Of a stretch of DNA of 64,000 bases, positions 46,032-55,169 are shown piece by piece. The DNA is from an uncultured Candidatus Micrarchaeota archaeon (lineage in GTDB: Archaea; Micrarchaeota; Micrarchaeia; Anstonellales; Bilamarchaeaceae). Every line of letters begins with the position of its first letter. Position 1 is the stretch's first letter. The DNA lies in contig CAWBTT010000001.1 in the NCBI GenBank assembly GCA_963791815.1, positions 41,720 through 105,719 on the forward strand. The letters run 5' to 3'. A program made the position numbers and the translations under genes. Under the pieces are notes generated by a model, which was not told where the DNA came from, searched no databases, and saw only the letters and a program-made list of their open reading frames with translations.

Positions 46032-46699
46032 TTCCTGCAATTAGGACATGGGGTCTTTACTCCAACCCTTTTGCATATTTTATTCAATGGACAGTCCGGA
46101 CAGGCAGGATTTCTTGGGGTGCATAATGTCTGGCCAAAGGCGACGAACGTCCTGTTCAGTTTGGGAAGGTATCTTTCAGGGATTTTCTTCACAATGGATT
46201 TCTCTGTTTCTTCAGGTCTTTTTGTTTTCACAAGGCCAAGGCGGTTGCTAATCCGATGCACATGGACATCAACCCCAAGCGTCTTTTTCCCAAAGGCCCT
46301 TGCAAGCACTATGTTCGCAGTTTTCCTTCCAACGCCTGGAAGTTTCAGCAGGCCCTCGAGAGTATCAGGCACCCCCGTCTTTTCCAGGATTTTGCATGAT
46401 GCAATCAGATGTTTTGTTTTTACCTTGTAGAATCCGATTCCATAGAGGATTTTCTCGAGTTTTTTTACTCCCAATGAAGAAACCGCTTTGGGGGTTTTGG
46501 CAACTTTGAAAAGGTTTGCGACAACCCTGGCAGTGATTTCATCCTTCGTCCTTGCCGAAAGCATTGTGAAAACTAGAATCTTGAAGGGTGTGTCCCCGGT
46601 CTCTTTTTCTGCACGGAAAACAGGAGGGTCTCTTTTCGATGCTTCATTATGCATCTGGTTCAGCATCCACCCGATTCTCTTCACAGCTTCTTTGTTCAT
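46028..46699 (-). CDS. nth: endonuclease III (HhH-GPD DNA glycosylase/lyase)
   Basis: HhH LPGVGRKTANIVL, catalytic D (VDVHVHR) and a 4Fe-4S loop C-x6-C-x2-C-x5-C (CTPRNPACPDCPLNKIC). Confidence 0.9.
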   Translation of the reverse strand: MNKEAVKRIGWMLNQMHNEASKRDPPVFRAEKETGDTPFKILVFTMLSARTKDEITARVVANLFKVAKTPKAVSSLGVKKLEKILYGIGFYKVKTKHLIASCKILEKTGVPDTLEGLLKLPGVGRKTANIVLARAFGKKTLGVDVHVHRISNRLGLVKTKRPEETEKSIVKKIPERYLPKLNRTFVAFGQTLCTPRNPACPDCPLNKICKRVGVKTPCPNCRN

Positions 46700-46857
46700 T
46701 CAGTGTTTTCACACAAGATGAAGTTATAAATTCGGCTTTTTGAGCGCAGCAATTCCAGGAATTCAAACATCGGGAATATGGTTGATTCCGAGGAGAACAT
46801 TCGGCCAAAACCGAAGAAAAACATGTTTGATATAAAAACGCGCTGGGTATACCTAGC

Positions 46858-48840
46858 ATGGACCTCAGGATATTTTTAATCGGGATTTTGGTCATGTCGG
46901 CATTTTATGGCTGTGTCACGCCAACCGACCCAGGCAACCAAACAAATGTGTCGGTCAATGTAACGGAGACACAAGAACTGAAGAAGTTCGCTTCTTTGGA
47001 TGAACTAAAGTCTTTCATTAAAGCCACCCAGTCGCAGAACAGGTATTACGATACCATGGACATTAATGTCGTGCCCATGGCAGCAGAGGCAGGCGGCACA
47101 AAAAGTGCTGAGAGTTCTAATCAGGCATCAGACTACTCCACCACCAATGTCCAGGTGCAAGGCGTTGATGAGGCTGATTTCGTAAAAACAGATGGCAGAT
47201 ATATCTATGTGCTATCTGCTAGCACGCTGGTGATAATGGATGCTTACCCGGCAGAGAACGCAAGCATACTCTCCGAGACAGAAATAAACGGCACCCCAAG
47301 CGAGTTTTATATCAATGGCGATGATTTGATTGTATTTACAAGCGGGCAGCCGGATGCGGTTCCGCTTAAAAATCCAGAAAGCAGCTATTACTATGGGCAC
47401 AGTTACACTGGGATTCTGCAATATGATGTTTCAAACAGGGCAGACCCGGAATTGGAGCGTGAGATATATCCTGAAGGGTATTATTTCGATTCAAGAATGA
47501 TTGGAAATCATGTCTATGTAATAGTGAACAAAAATGTCTGGTACTATGATGAGAATGACGACATACTCCCGCCCGAGCTCTATGTAGATGGTAAGAACGA
47601 GTCTGTTGCCTTGCCGGACGTATACTATCCCGACATTCCAGCGTATTCATACAGGTATTCAACTGTAATGTCAATTGACCTTGACGATACGGAAGAAAAA
47701 CCTGAGAGAAAGATATACCTTCTTGGAGATAGTTCCGAGATGTACGTATCAGAGGAGAACATCTACCTGGTACATCAGAAATATCCATACATGCCAAGGC
47801 CGATGCCACTTGTAGAAGAGGTGGTGAGCAAAATCGCGCCTGGAGCAATCATGCCGATAGAGCAGTCAACAGAAGAGACTGCAATCCACAGGATAGCAAT
47901 TGAGGATGGAAAAATATCATATGAGGCAAGCGGCAGCGTACCTGGCCATGTGCTCAACCAGTTCTCGATGGACGAATACAGTGACAACTTCAGAATAGCT
48001 ACAACGACGGGCTCGGTAAGCAGATTCAGAGGGGAGACAAAATCCACAAACAATGTCTATGTCCTTGACATGGATATGGATGTCGTAGGCAAGCTCGAAG
48101 ACCTTGCGCCAGGAGAAAAGATATACTCTGCCAGGTTCATGGGAAAGAGATGCTATCTGGTCACCTTCAGGAAAGTTGACCCATTGTTCGTGATAGACCT
48201 CAAGGATCCAAAAGACCCGGAGGTTCTGGGGAAATTGAAGATACCCGGATATTCGGATTATCTGCACCCGTATGATGAGAACCACCTGATAGGATTGGGC
48301 AAAGAAGCAATCCCTGCAGACGAAGGTGATTTCTCATGGTACCAGGGCGTTAAGCTTTCCCTGTTCGATGTCTCAGATGTCAGCAAACCAAAGGAGATAG
48401 CGAAATACGAGATTGGAGACCGGGGGACAGAGTCGTATGCCCTGCATGACCACAAGGCATTCCTCTTCAGCAAGAACAAGAGCCTATTGGTTATTCCGAT
48501 ACTGCTTGCGGAGATAGACCCAGAGCAGTATCCGCAGGGAGTTGAACCATACCAGTCTGGGGATTATACTTTCCAGGGGGCGTATGTGTTCAATCTGGAT
48601 ACAGCTGATGGATTCAAGCTCAAGGGAAAGATAAGCCATGTTGAAGGTGAGGACGCATACGAAAAGAGCGGATATTATTTCTACTCGCCATACGATGTGG
48701 AAAGATCCCTCTACATGGACGATGTCCTTTACACCATCTCAAAGAGCAAGGTCAAGATGAACAGCCTTGATGACCTTGAAGAGATTAATGAGATTGAATT
48801 GCCATACGAAGAACCAGATTACTGGTACTACTATGAATGA
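46858..48840 (+). CDS. secreted beta-propeller domain protein (Beta_propel family)
   Basis: 660 aa, lipobox-like AFYGC. YSTTNVQVQGVDEADFVKTDGRYIYVL is the characteristic N-terminal motif of this family. Confidence 0.75.
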   Translation: MDLRIFLIGILVMSAFYGCVTPTDPGNQTNVSVNVTETQELKKFASLDELKSFIKATQSQNRYYDTMDINVVPMAAEAGGTKSAESSNQASDYSTTNVQVQGVDEADFVKTDGRYIYVLSASTLVIMDAYPAENASILSETEINGTPSEFYINGDDLIVFTSGQPDAVPLKNPESSYYYGHSYTGILQYDVSNRADPELEREIYPEGYYFDSRMIGNHVYVIVNKNVWYYDENDDILPPELYVDGKNESVALPDVYYPDIPAYSYRYSTVMSIDLDDTEEKPERKIYLLGDSSEMYVSEENIYLVHQKYPYMPRPMPLVEEVVSKIAPGAIMPIEQSTEETAIHRIAIEDGKISYEASGSVPGHVLNQFSMDEYSDNFRIATTTGSVSRFRGETKSTNNVYVLDMDMDVVGKLEDLAPGEKIYSARFMGKRCYLVTFRKVDPLFVIDLKDPKDPEVLGKLKIPGYSDYLHPYDENHLIGLGKEAIPADEGDFSWYQGVKLSLFDVSDVSKPKEIAKYEIGDRGTESYALHDHKAFLFSKNKSLLVIPILLAEIDPEQYPQGVEPYQSGDYTFQGAYVFNLDTADGFKLKGKISHVEGEDAYEKSGYYFYSPYDVERSLYMDDVLYTISKSKVKMNSLDDLEEINEIELPYEEPDYWYYYE

Positions 48841-49586
48841 ACCATGGTGGAAACCGTTTTCCGGCCTTCGAGGACATCAATAATGCGCTCGGGCTTGGCA
48901 GCATTCACGATATAGGATGTTGTGCCAAGCTCAAGCAGTTCATTTATTTTTCCTTTCATTGCGCCAGTAACATCATTGGGAGTTTCCTTCAGATGCTTTG
49001 AGATTTCCGGAAAATTCTCTTTTGTAATTTCCGGGATTGGATTGCCTTCCTGATCAAGCACCCCGTCAACATTTGTGGCAAAGACAAGGAATTCTGATTT
49101 CTTTCCAAGCCATGCCATTATCTGGTCCCCGGAACATGGGGAGCCTCCAAGAGATTTGTCAGGGACAAAATCCCCATAGAGAACAGGCAGGTATCCATTC
49201 TCAAGATAGTCAAAAACAACCTGCTCCTGGAATTCTGATATTCTTTTGTTGTCCTGCTTGATTAACGCTGATGGCGCTATGGAAATCGCCGGTATCCCAC
49301 GGCCGATCAACTGCTTGATTAGCAATAGTGAAAGTTCTGAGCAGGCTGCGTGGGTATCTGCGAATCCAAGCTTGTGCCCTTCGTTTTTGATGCCATCCTT
49401 TATTCCATGCCTGATGACTGGGGCATGTCCGTATGAGCCAACCCCATGGACAATGATTAAATCGCGGACACCGTCGTTCCAGACCTTGGCAATCGCATCT
49501 GCCATTGATTCAATTCTTTCTGGACGGGCTTTCATGTAATCGGACTTGTCGGTTATGGCGCTTCCACCAACTTTGAGTATCTTCAT
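48831..49586 (-). CDS. ipk: isopentenyl phosphate kinase
   Basis: Amino-acid-kinase fold. MKILKVGGSAITDK and IVHGVGSYGH motifs typical of IPK. Confidence 0.85.
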   Translation of the reverse strand: MKILKVGGSAITDKSDYMKARPERIESMADAIAKVWNDGVRDLIIVHGVGSYGHAPVIRHGIKDGIKNEGHKLGFADTHAACSELSLLLIKQLIGRGIPAISIAPSALIKQDNKRISEFQEQVVFDYLENGYLPVLYGDFVPDKSLGGSPCSGDQIMAWLGKKSEFLVFATNVDGVLDQEGNPIPEITKENFPEISKHLKETPNDVTGAMKGKINELLELGTTSYIVNAAKPERIIDVLEGRKTVSTMVHS

Positions 49587-49653
49587 AAGGAGAAAAAGGT
49601 CTGAAAGCGCTTAAAAAGCTCTCTTTTTAAAGAGGAGAACATAAGGGATTAAT

Positions 49654-50184
49654 ATGCGTATTCTGCTTGCAATAACAGGAGCCTCAGGCCTTGAATACGG
49701 AAGGCGATTAGCAGAGGTTTTGAATAAAAATAACGAAACAAAAGTTGTTGTCAGCAGCGGAGCAAAGAAAGTGGCCGAAGCTGAAGGCACAGAGCTTCCT
49801 GAATCTGATTATGATGAGTTTGATTTCAGTTGCCCATTCGCATCAGGGTCAAACCCAGCTGATGCTGTCATTGTCGCTCCATGCTCATTGAAATCCCTTG
49901 GAGAGATAGCCAATGGAGTTGGGAGCAATCTGATTAGCAGGGCAGCGGAAGTTTCCCTCAAAGAGAGGAAGAAACTGGTCCTTGTTTTGCGTGAAACGCC
50001 ATACTCTCTTATTACAATCAAGAACATGGAGAAGGTGACGCTAGCGGGCGCTGTTGTTCTGCCTGCTTCCCCGGCATTCTACGGGAAGCCTGAAAGTGTT
50101 GATGATTTAGTTGATTTCATAGTCGCAAGGGTGCTTGACCAGATAGGAGTTGAGCACTCATTATCCAAAAGGTGGGGAGATTGA
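49654..50184 (+). CDS. ubiX: flavin prenyltransferase UbiX
   Basis: 176 aa. MRILLAITGASG and ...VAPCSLKSLGEIANG... match UbiX/Pad1. Confidence 0.9.
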   Translation: MRILLAITGASGLEYGRRLAEVLNKNNETKVVVSSGAKKVAEAEGTELPESDYDEFDFSCPFASGSNPADAVIVAPCSLKSLGEIANGVGSNLISRAAEVSLKERKKLVLVLRETPYSLITIKNMEKVTLAGAVVLPASPAFYGKPESVDDLVDFIVARVLDQIGVEHSLSKRWGD

Positions 50185-51473
50185 AAACATTCCGTGATTT
50201 TGTTGAAACATTAAGGAAAGAAAATAGGATGGCAGAATCGAAGAAAGTGTCGGCAAACCTTGATTTGGCAGGGCTGATGCTGGCACTGGATGGAAAACCT
50301 GTCTATGCCCCTGAAGTTGATGGAGTTGATTTTGCAGCTGTTGGAAATCTGTTTTCCACAAGGGAACTGGTCTGCGAGTACCTTGGATTCAGCAAGGAGG
50401 AACTTGTTCCAAAGCTTGTTGATGCGTTGAACAATCCGAAAAAACCTGAGCTGGTTCAGGATGGCCCGATACTTGAGAACAGCACTACTGATATCGACCT
50501 TTCAAAACTGCCAATCCCAATCCACGCTGAGAAGGATGGGGGGCCTTACATCGCATCGGCAATTGTGGTTGCCAAGGACCCGGAATATGGAAGAAACCTC
50601 TCATTCCACAGGATGATGGTTATTGACAAGGACAAGGTGGTGATGAGAATCCTCCACAGGAACCTTGATGAATTCATAAAAAGGGCTGGGGGAGAGCTTG
50701 ACGTTGCTTTCATTGTCGGGGCTCCGATTAATGTTTTGCTCTCGGCTGCGATTTCATCAAAAATAGGGCAGGATGAACTTGACTATGCCAACGCCCTCGC
50801 GCCTGTTAAAACAGTCAAATTGGAGAATGGAATCGAGATTCCTTCTGACTGCGAATTCGCATTTGAGGGAAAGATAACGAGTGAGATGGTGGATGAGGGG
50901 CCTTTCATTGATTTGACAGGAACCTATGATGTTGTCAGAAAACAGCCGCTCATGAAAATCACGAAGATGTATCACCGCAATGACGCTTTGTGGCATGTGT
51001 TGCTGCCAGGGGGACTTGAACATAAGGTCCTTATGGGAATGCCAAGGGAACCCACGATATTCAATGAAGTGAACAAAGTATGCCAGTGCAAGCGTGTGAA
51101 TATCAGCCCAGGGGGATGCTCCTGGCTGCACGCAGTGGTTTCCATTGTAAAGAAAAACGATGATGATGGAAAAAAGGCGATTGAAGCTGCCTTTGCAGGG
51201 CACAAGTCACTCAAGCATGTCGTTATTGTGGACTCTGACATTGACATAGATAGCCCAATGGATGTTGAGTGGGCATTGGCAACAAGGTTCCAGGGAGATA
51301 AGGATTTGGTTGTCAAGGAAAACCAGAAAGGCTCATCACTTGACCCAAGCGCTGACCCGCACACATACCAGACAACCAAGGCAGGATTCGACGCGACCAA
51401 GCCACTGAAAGACGCCGTTGCCTTTGAAAAAGCGGAGTGGAAGAAGGTAAACCCTAAAGATTATCTTAAGTAA
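50172..51473 (+). CDS. UbiD-family decarboxylase (candidate anhydromevalonate-phosphate decarboxylase)
   Basis: 433 aa of UbiD-like sequence (GPYIASAIVVAKDPEYGRNLSFHRMMV). Overlaps ubiX by 13 nt and sits between ubiX and the acnX genes. Confidence 0.8.
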   Translation: MGRLKTFRDFVETLRKENRMAESKKVSANLDLAGLMLALDGKPVYAPEVDGVDFAAVGNLFSTRELVCEYLGFSKEELVPKLVDALNNPKKPELVQDGPILENSTTDIDLSKLPIPIHAEKDGGPYIASAIVVAKDPEYGRNLSFHRMMVIDKDKVVMRILHRNLDEFIKRAGGELDVAFIVGAPINVLLSAAISSKIGQDELDYANALAPVKTVKLENGIEIPSDCEFAFEGKITSEMVDEGPFIDLTGTYDVVRKQPLMKITKMYHRNDALWHVLLPGGLEHKVLMGMPREPTIFNEVNKVCQCKRVNISPGGCSWLHAVVSIVKKNDDDGKKAIEAAFAGHKSLKHVVIVDSDIDIDSPMDVEWALATRFQGDKDLVVKENQKGSSLDPSADPHTYQTTKAGFDATKPLKDAVAFEKAEWKKVNPKDYLK

Positions 51474-51516
51474 CACAAATAAATACTTTTCGACACTAAA
51501 TAAGAATAGGGATTTC

Positions 51517-51741
51517 ATGAGAAAACATTCCGGAAAAGTCATGGTTTTGGGCCTTGGAGCCTCAGTCTTCGGACTGATACTCATGGCAGGGAGGAATTTC
51601 AGCAACGGCGTCTTTGGCAAGAGCGCTTCTGAGGCCTTGGTGGGACTGCTCAAGACAGTGGACGAGGCATCATGGATACTTCTCGTTCTTGGGATTACAG
51701 TGCTCGTTGTCGGAGCCTACATGTTCACGCAGCCCGACTAG
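51517..51741 (+). CDS. small two-TM membrane protein
   Basis: 74 aa with two hydrophobic helices. GGGAT SD 3 nt before the ATG. Embedded in the mevalonate cluster. Confidence 0.5.
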   Translation: MRKHSGKVMVLGLGASVFGLILMAGRNFSNGVFGKSASEALVGLLKTVDEASWILLVLGITVLVVGAYMFTQPD

Positions 51742-51775
51742 GTTTTTTTATTATCTTCTTTACTGATTTTGTTTG

Positions 51776-52948
51776 ATGAATCTAAGCGAAAGAGAGCAGA
51801 AGATGTTTGATGGCGATTTGGGTGAGGCTGCGCGCCAGTCAATGGAGATACTTGCTGCTCTTGGAAGGATTTACAAAGCAGAGAAAATGATTCCGATTAC
51901 AAGCGCCCAGGTCTCAGGCGTCTCATACAAGACAATCGGCGATGCCGGGTTGGAGTATCTTGAGGATTTGGTATCCAAGGGAGCGAAAGTCACTGTCCCG
52001 ACATTCCTGAACCCGGCCGGAATGGACCGGGAGCAATGGAAGGAGATGGGGATACCTGAGGATTTTGCCAAAAAGCAAATCCAGGTTTTGGACGCTTACA
52101 TAAAGATGGGAATTTCACAGACCTGCACATGCGCCCCATATTTCATTGGAATACGGCCAAAAATCGGAGAGCATATCGCGTGGGCAGAATCAAGCGCGGT
52201 CGCATTTGCCAATTCCATTCTTGGGGCAAGGACCAACCGGGAAGGCGGGCCATCCGCTCTTGCGGCGGCCATTTGCGGAGTAACGCCTGCGTATGGACTG
52301 CATCTCGAAAAGAATCGGATTGCAAATGTGAAAATCAATGTTGAATGTGTTTTGAAAACTTCTGCTGATTTCGGGGCTTTGGGCTCTGCTGTCGGCAAGC
52401 TTGTGAAAAGGAAATACCCGGCATTCACTGGAATCAAATCCGCAAGTGAGGAGCATCTGAAAGTGCTTGGCGCGTCAATGGCGGCAACCGGCTCAGTCCC
52501 GCTCTTCTTTATTGAGAATATCACTCCTGAATACAAAATTACTGATGATGCTGAAACCATATCATTTGGGGAGGCTGAATTGAAGGAGAGCAGAGAGAAA
52601 ATTGACGGCAGGGAGAAACCCAACCTTGTTACTATAGGCTGCCCGCACGCTTCACTGAAAGAAGTGGAGCAGGTTGCTAGAATGGTCAGCGAGAAAAAGC
52701 CCACATGCGAATTCTGGGTGTGCACATCAAGGAAAATCAAAGAAGAGGCGGACAAACTTGGATACACTCAAAAGATTGAGGCTGCAGGCGGAAGGATTGT
52801 CGCTGACACCTGCATGGTCGTCTGTCCGCTTGAAAGAATGGGATACTCTGTAACAGGGACAAACTCCGGGAAAGCGGCAAAGTATCTGCCGAACCTTTGC
52901 AAGCAGAAAGTCGCTTTCGGCGATTTGGAGGACATCCTTTACCGGTGA
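51776..52948 (+). CDS. aconitase X catalytic (large) subunit, DUF521: candidate phosphomevalonate dehydratase large subunit
   Basis: 390 aa with an N-terminal LSEREQKMFDGDLGEAARQSMEIL...ITSAQVSGVSY pattern of AcnX type II. Start at the ATG at 51776 (a TTG at 51773 is also possible). Confidence 0.8.
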   Translation: MNLSEREQKMFDGDLGEAARQSMEILAALGRIYKAEKMIPITSAQVSGVSYKTIGDAGLEYLEDLVSKGAKVTVPTFLNPAGMDREQWKEMGIPEDFAKKQIQVLDAYIKMGISQTCTCAPYFIGIRPKIGEHIAWAESSAVAFANSILGARTNREGGPSALAAAICGVTPAYGLHLEKNRIANVKINVECVLKTSADFGALGSAVGKLVKRKYPAFTGIKSASEEHLKVLGASMAATGSVPLFFIENITPEYKITDDAETISFGEAELKESREKIDGREKPNLVTIGCPHASLKEVEQVARMVSEKKPTCEFWVCTSRKIKEEADKLGYTQKIEAAGGRIVADTCMVVCPLERMGYSVTGTNSGKAAKYLPNLCKQKVAFGDLEDILYR

Positions 52949-52953
52949 TACTT

Positions 52954-53352
52954 ATGGAAATCAAAGCACGAAGCATTTCAAGGGGAATTGCATCTGGAGA
53001 AGTTCTGCTAAGCAGTGAGGCAATCGGTTTCCTTGGAGGAGTTGACCCGGAAACAGGAGATGTTATTGAACAGGGACACCCGCTTGAAGGAAAGAACATC
53101 GCTGGAAAGATACTTGTTTTCCCTAATGGAAAAGGTTCTACAGTAGGCTCATACGTAATGCTCCAATTGGTAAAGAATAACAAAGCGCCTGCTGCGATAA
53201 TCAATATTTCTGCCGAGCCAATCATAGTTGTCGGTGCGATAATTTCCGGGATTCCGATGGTTGACCAGCCTGAAAAAGATGTTTATCAGATTTTGAAGGA
53301 TGGCCAAAGAATAGAAGTTGATGGGGAAAAAGGAATCATTCAATTACTTTAA
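52954..53352 (+). CDS. aconitase X swivel (small) subunit, DUF126
   Basis: Trimmed to the ATG at 52954, preceded by GGTGAT. GEVLLSSEAIGFLGGVDPETG...FPNGKGSTVGSYV is the DUF126 pattern. Confidence 0.8.
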   Translation: MEIKARSISRGIASGEVLLSSEAIGFLGGVDPETGDVIEQGHPLEGKNIAGKILVFPNGKGSTVGSYVMLQLVKNNKAPAAIINISAEPIIVVGAIISGIPMVDQPEKDVYQILKDGQRIEVDGEKGIIQLL

Positions 53353-53761
53353 GCTCCACTGCCGGGATATTGCTCATGGCCCACTCGATTCTTGAGCGGA
53401 GTTCCCAGTGCTTGGAGTCTACATGGCGAACAAGGCTTGGCAATGCCCTCCAATCCTGAAGCTCAACAAAAGTCTCTGTGATGATTGCTTTTGTCAATGT
53501 CCCCCATTTGTTGAACGCCTCAATAAGAGCAGGAATAGCTTCCTTTGCCTTTTCAGGGTCTTTTTTTGCCAGTTCAGCAAGGCCAAGGCATGCATCATTG
53601 CGATCCATCAAACCACCTTCTCTGAGCATTTTTTGCAAAACAGGCATTTCTGTGATCGGTTCTTTAACTAATCCTGCCCCCTTAAGGGAATCCAGAATAG
53701 GATGCATGCCTTTTGGAAAATGATTGCGCTTGGTCGACCTGTCTCGCACTAGCCGAATCAT
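53336..53761 (-). CDS. HEAT-like repeat protein
   Basis: Helical repeats ...ACLGLAELAKKDPEKAKEAIPALIEAF... Start set at the ATG at 53761, behind an A/T-rich box. Confidence 0.45.
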   Translation of the reverse strand: MIRLVRDRSTKRNHFPKGMHPILDSLKGAGLVKEPITEMPVLQKMLREGGLMDRNDACLGLAELAKKDPEKAKEAIPALIEAFNKWGTLTKAIITETFVELQDWRALPSLVRHVDSKHWELRSRIEWAMSNIPAVELKVIE

Positions 53762-53900
53762 AGTATAATATATGTGTGGAAAAGGATTTTTAAATGTGTG
53801 TAAAAACATAGAATGGTGGCTATTAGGGGGTGGATAAGAACTGGATTGTTTTCAGGAGAATAAACACATTAATAAACATTTTCTAACAACTATTCAGACT

Positions 53901-55169
53901 ATGAAACGGGTAGCAAAGAGTAGTGTTCAGAGAAAACGAGGACTGATTACAAAGGCAAAGAGAGCATTTGCAGCACTTGCAATTGCGGGTATGATAACAA
54001 GCTGTTATGGTTCTACTCCAAGAGAAGTGGTCCCTCTAGTGACTAACCAGGAGAGAAATTGCGGAGAAGAAAGAGAAGAAAGAAATGAGCGTCCTGCAGA
54101 AACTGAGATGCCATTTGATTTCGATATTTCACAAAGAAAAGCTCCGGATGACTACTGTAAAGGATTTCCTGAGATTAAGGAATTTTCTCATATAAATAAT
54201 TTGGACCCGCTTTTCGTAAGGGCACTCATAGCCACTGAAAGTGGCTTTGACAGCTGCGCTGTAGTCAAAGCATGCTCGACGGGCAATATGTTGCCAGGCT
54301 GCTTTGAGCCTGGACCTGCCCAAGATACTGGATATGATACTGGATTCAAAGAGATGCACGACCCTGATGGAAGATGCGCATTGACAAACGCCCCAGGCAG
54401 CCACATCCCCATTTTTGATCATCCAGACCATAAATTCGTTGCGTTGGGACTCATGCAGACTCTTGAGCCCCCATATACTTATTGGCCTGCAAACCATCGC
54501 ACTGACAATGCCGATGGACCATACTTTGAAGTATTCAGAAAATCATTTTTGTATCCTCTGGATATCCATAATGCTAACAAAGGCCCCTCATGGTTCAATC
54601 CAGGCCCCTCATGGTTCAATCCATTCAAGTCCAGATATTCTCCAGATATCAAAGATGCAAAGGAATGCAATCCAAAGTTCAATCCATTCAACTCTAGAGA
54701 CTCGGTCTGTCTTGGAACAAAAAAGCTCAGTGATGCTATGCGATTTGCCAGAGCATGGGTGCTGGCCAACAGAGAACTTCTTAACTGGGACAGCAAGGAC
54801 ACTGAGAAAGACAGGGTTTTCACAATGTATGTAGCAACACACGTTTACGCAGGAACTTGGCAAAGTAGCGCGAGTACACATACCTCAAGGATGTGCGGCG
54901 AAAACGAAACAAAAGGGGACTGTTGGATGATTGGCTTCAGCGATCGCTCGAGAGTTGACAGCGAGTACTGCAATGAAGACGCTGGAAAACTCCCATATGA
55001 ATGCGTAGCTCCTGGAGTGCCAAGATACGAACCTCCCCACTTTTGCTACGGAGTTACCGATGTCATGCAGTATATGAGAGATTGCGAAATGCCTTTGTCA
55101 TACAGTATGGACGGTATCGGCCAGAGAGTCATGGAAATGTATTACCGGCTCAGGAACACGTGTCGCTAA
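53901..55169 (+). CDS. secreted lytic transglycosylase-like (SLT/GH23 lysozyme-like) protein
   Basis: Signal/lipobox ...AIAGMITSC. Catalytic-type motif FVRALIATESGFDSCAV followed by ALGLMQT, as in the SLT domain (E-S ... GLMQ). Confidence 0.7.
   Translation: MKRVAKSSVQRKRGLITKAKRAFAALAIAGMITSCYGSTPREVVPLVTNQERNCGEEREERNERPAETEMPFDFDISQRKAPDDYCKGFPEIKEFSHINNLDPLFVRALIATESGFDSCAVVKACSTGNMLPGCFEPGPAQDTGYDTGFKEMHDPDGRCALTNAPGSHIPIFDHPDHKFVALGLMQTLEPPYTYWPANHRTDNADGPYFEVFRKSFLYPLDIHNANKGPSWFNPGPSWFNPFKSRYSPDIKDAKECNPKFNPFNSRDSVCLGTKKLSDAMRFARAWVLANRELLNWDSKDTEKDRVFTMYVATHVYAGTWQSSASTHTSRMCGENETKGDCWMIGFSDRSRVDSEYCNEDAGKLPYECVAPGVPRYEPPHFCYGVTDVMQYMRDCEMPLSYSMDGIGQRVMEMYYRLRNTCR
54582..54623 (+). 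repeat. perfect 21-nt tandem duplication inside the SLT-like gene
   Basis: GGCCCCTCATGGTTCAATCCA x2 (54582-54602 and 54603-54623), encoding GPSWFNP-GPSWFNP in frame. Confidence 0.95.
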
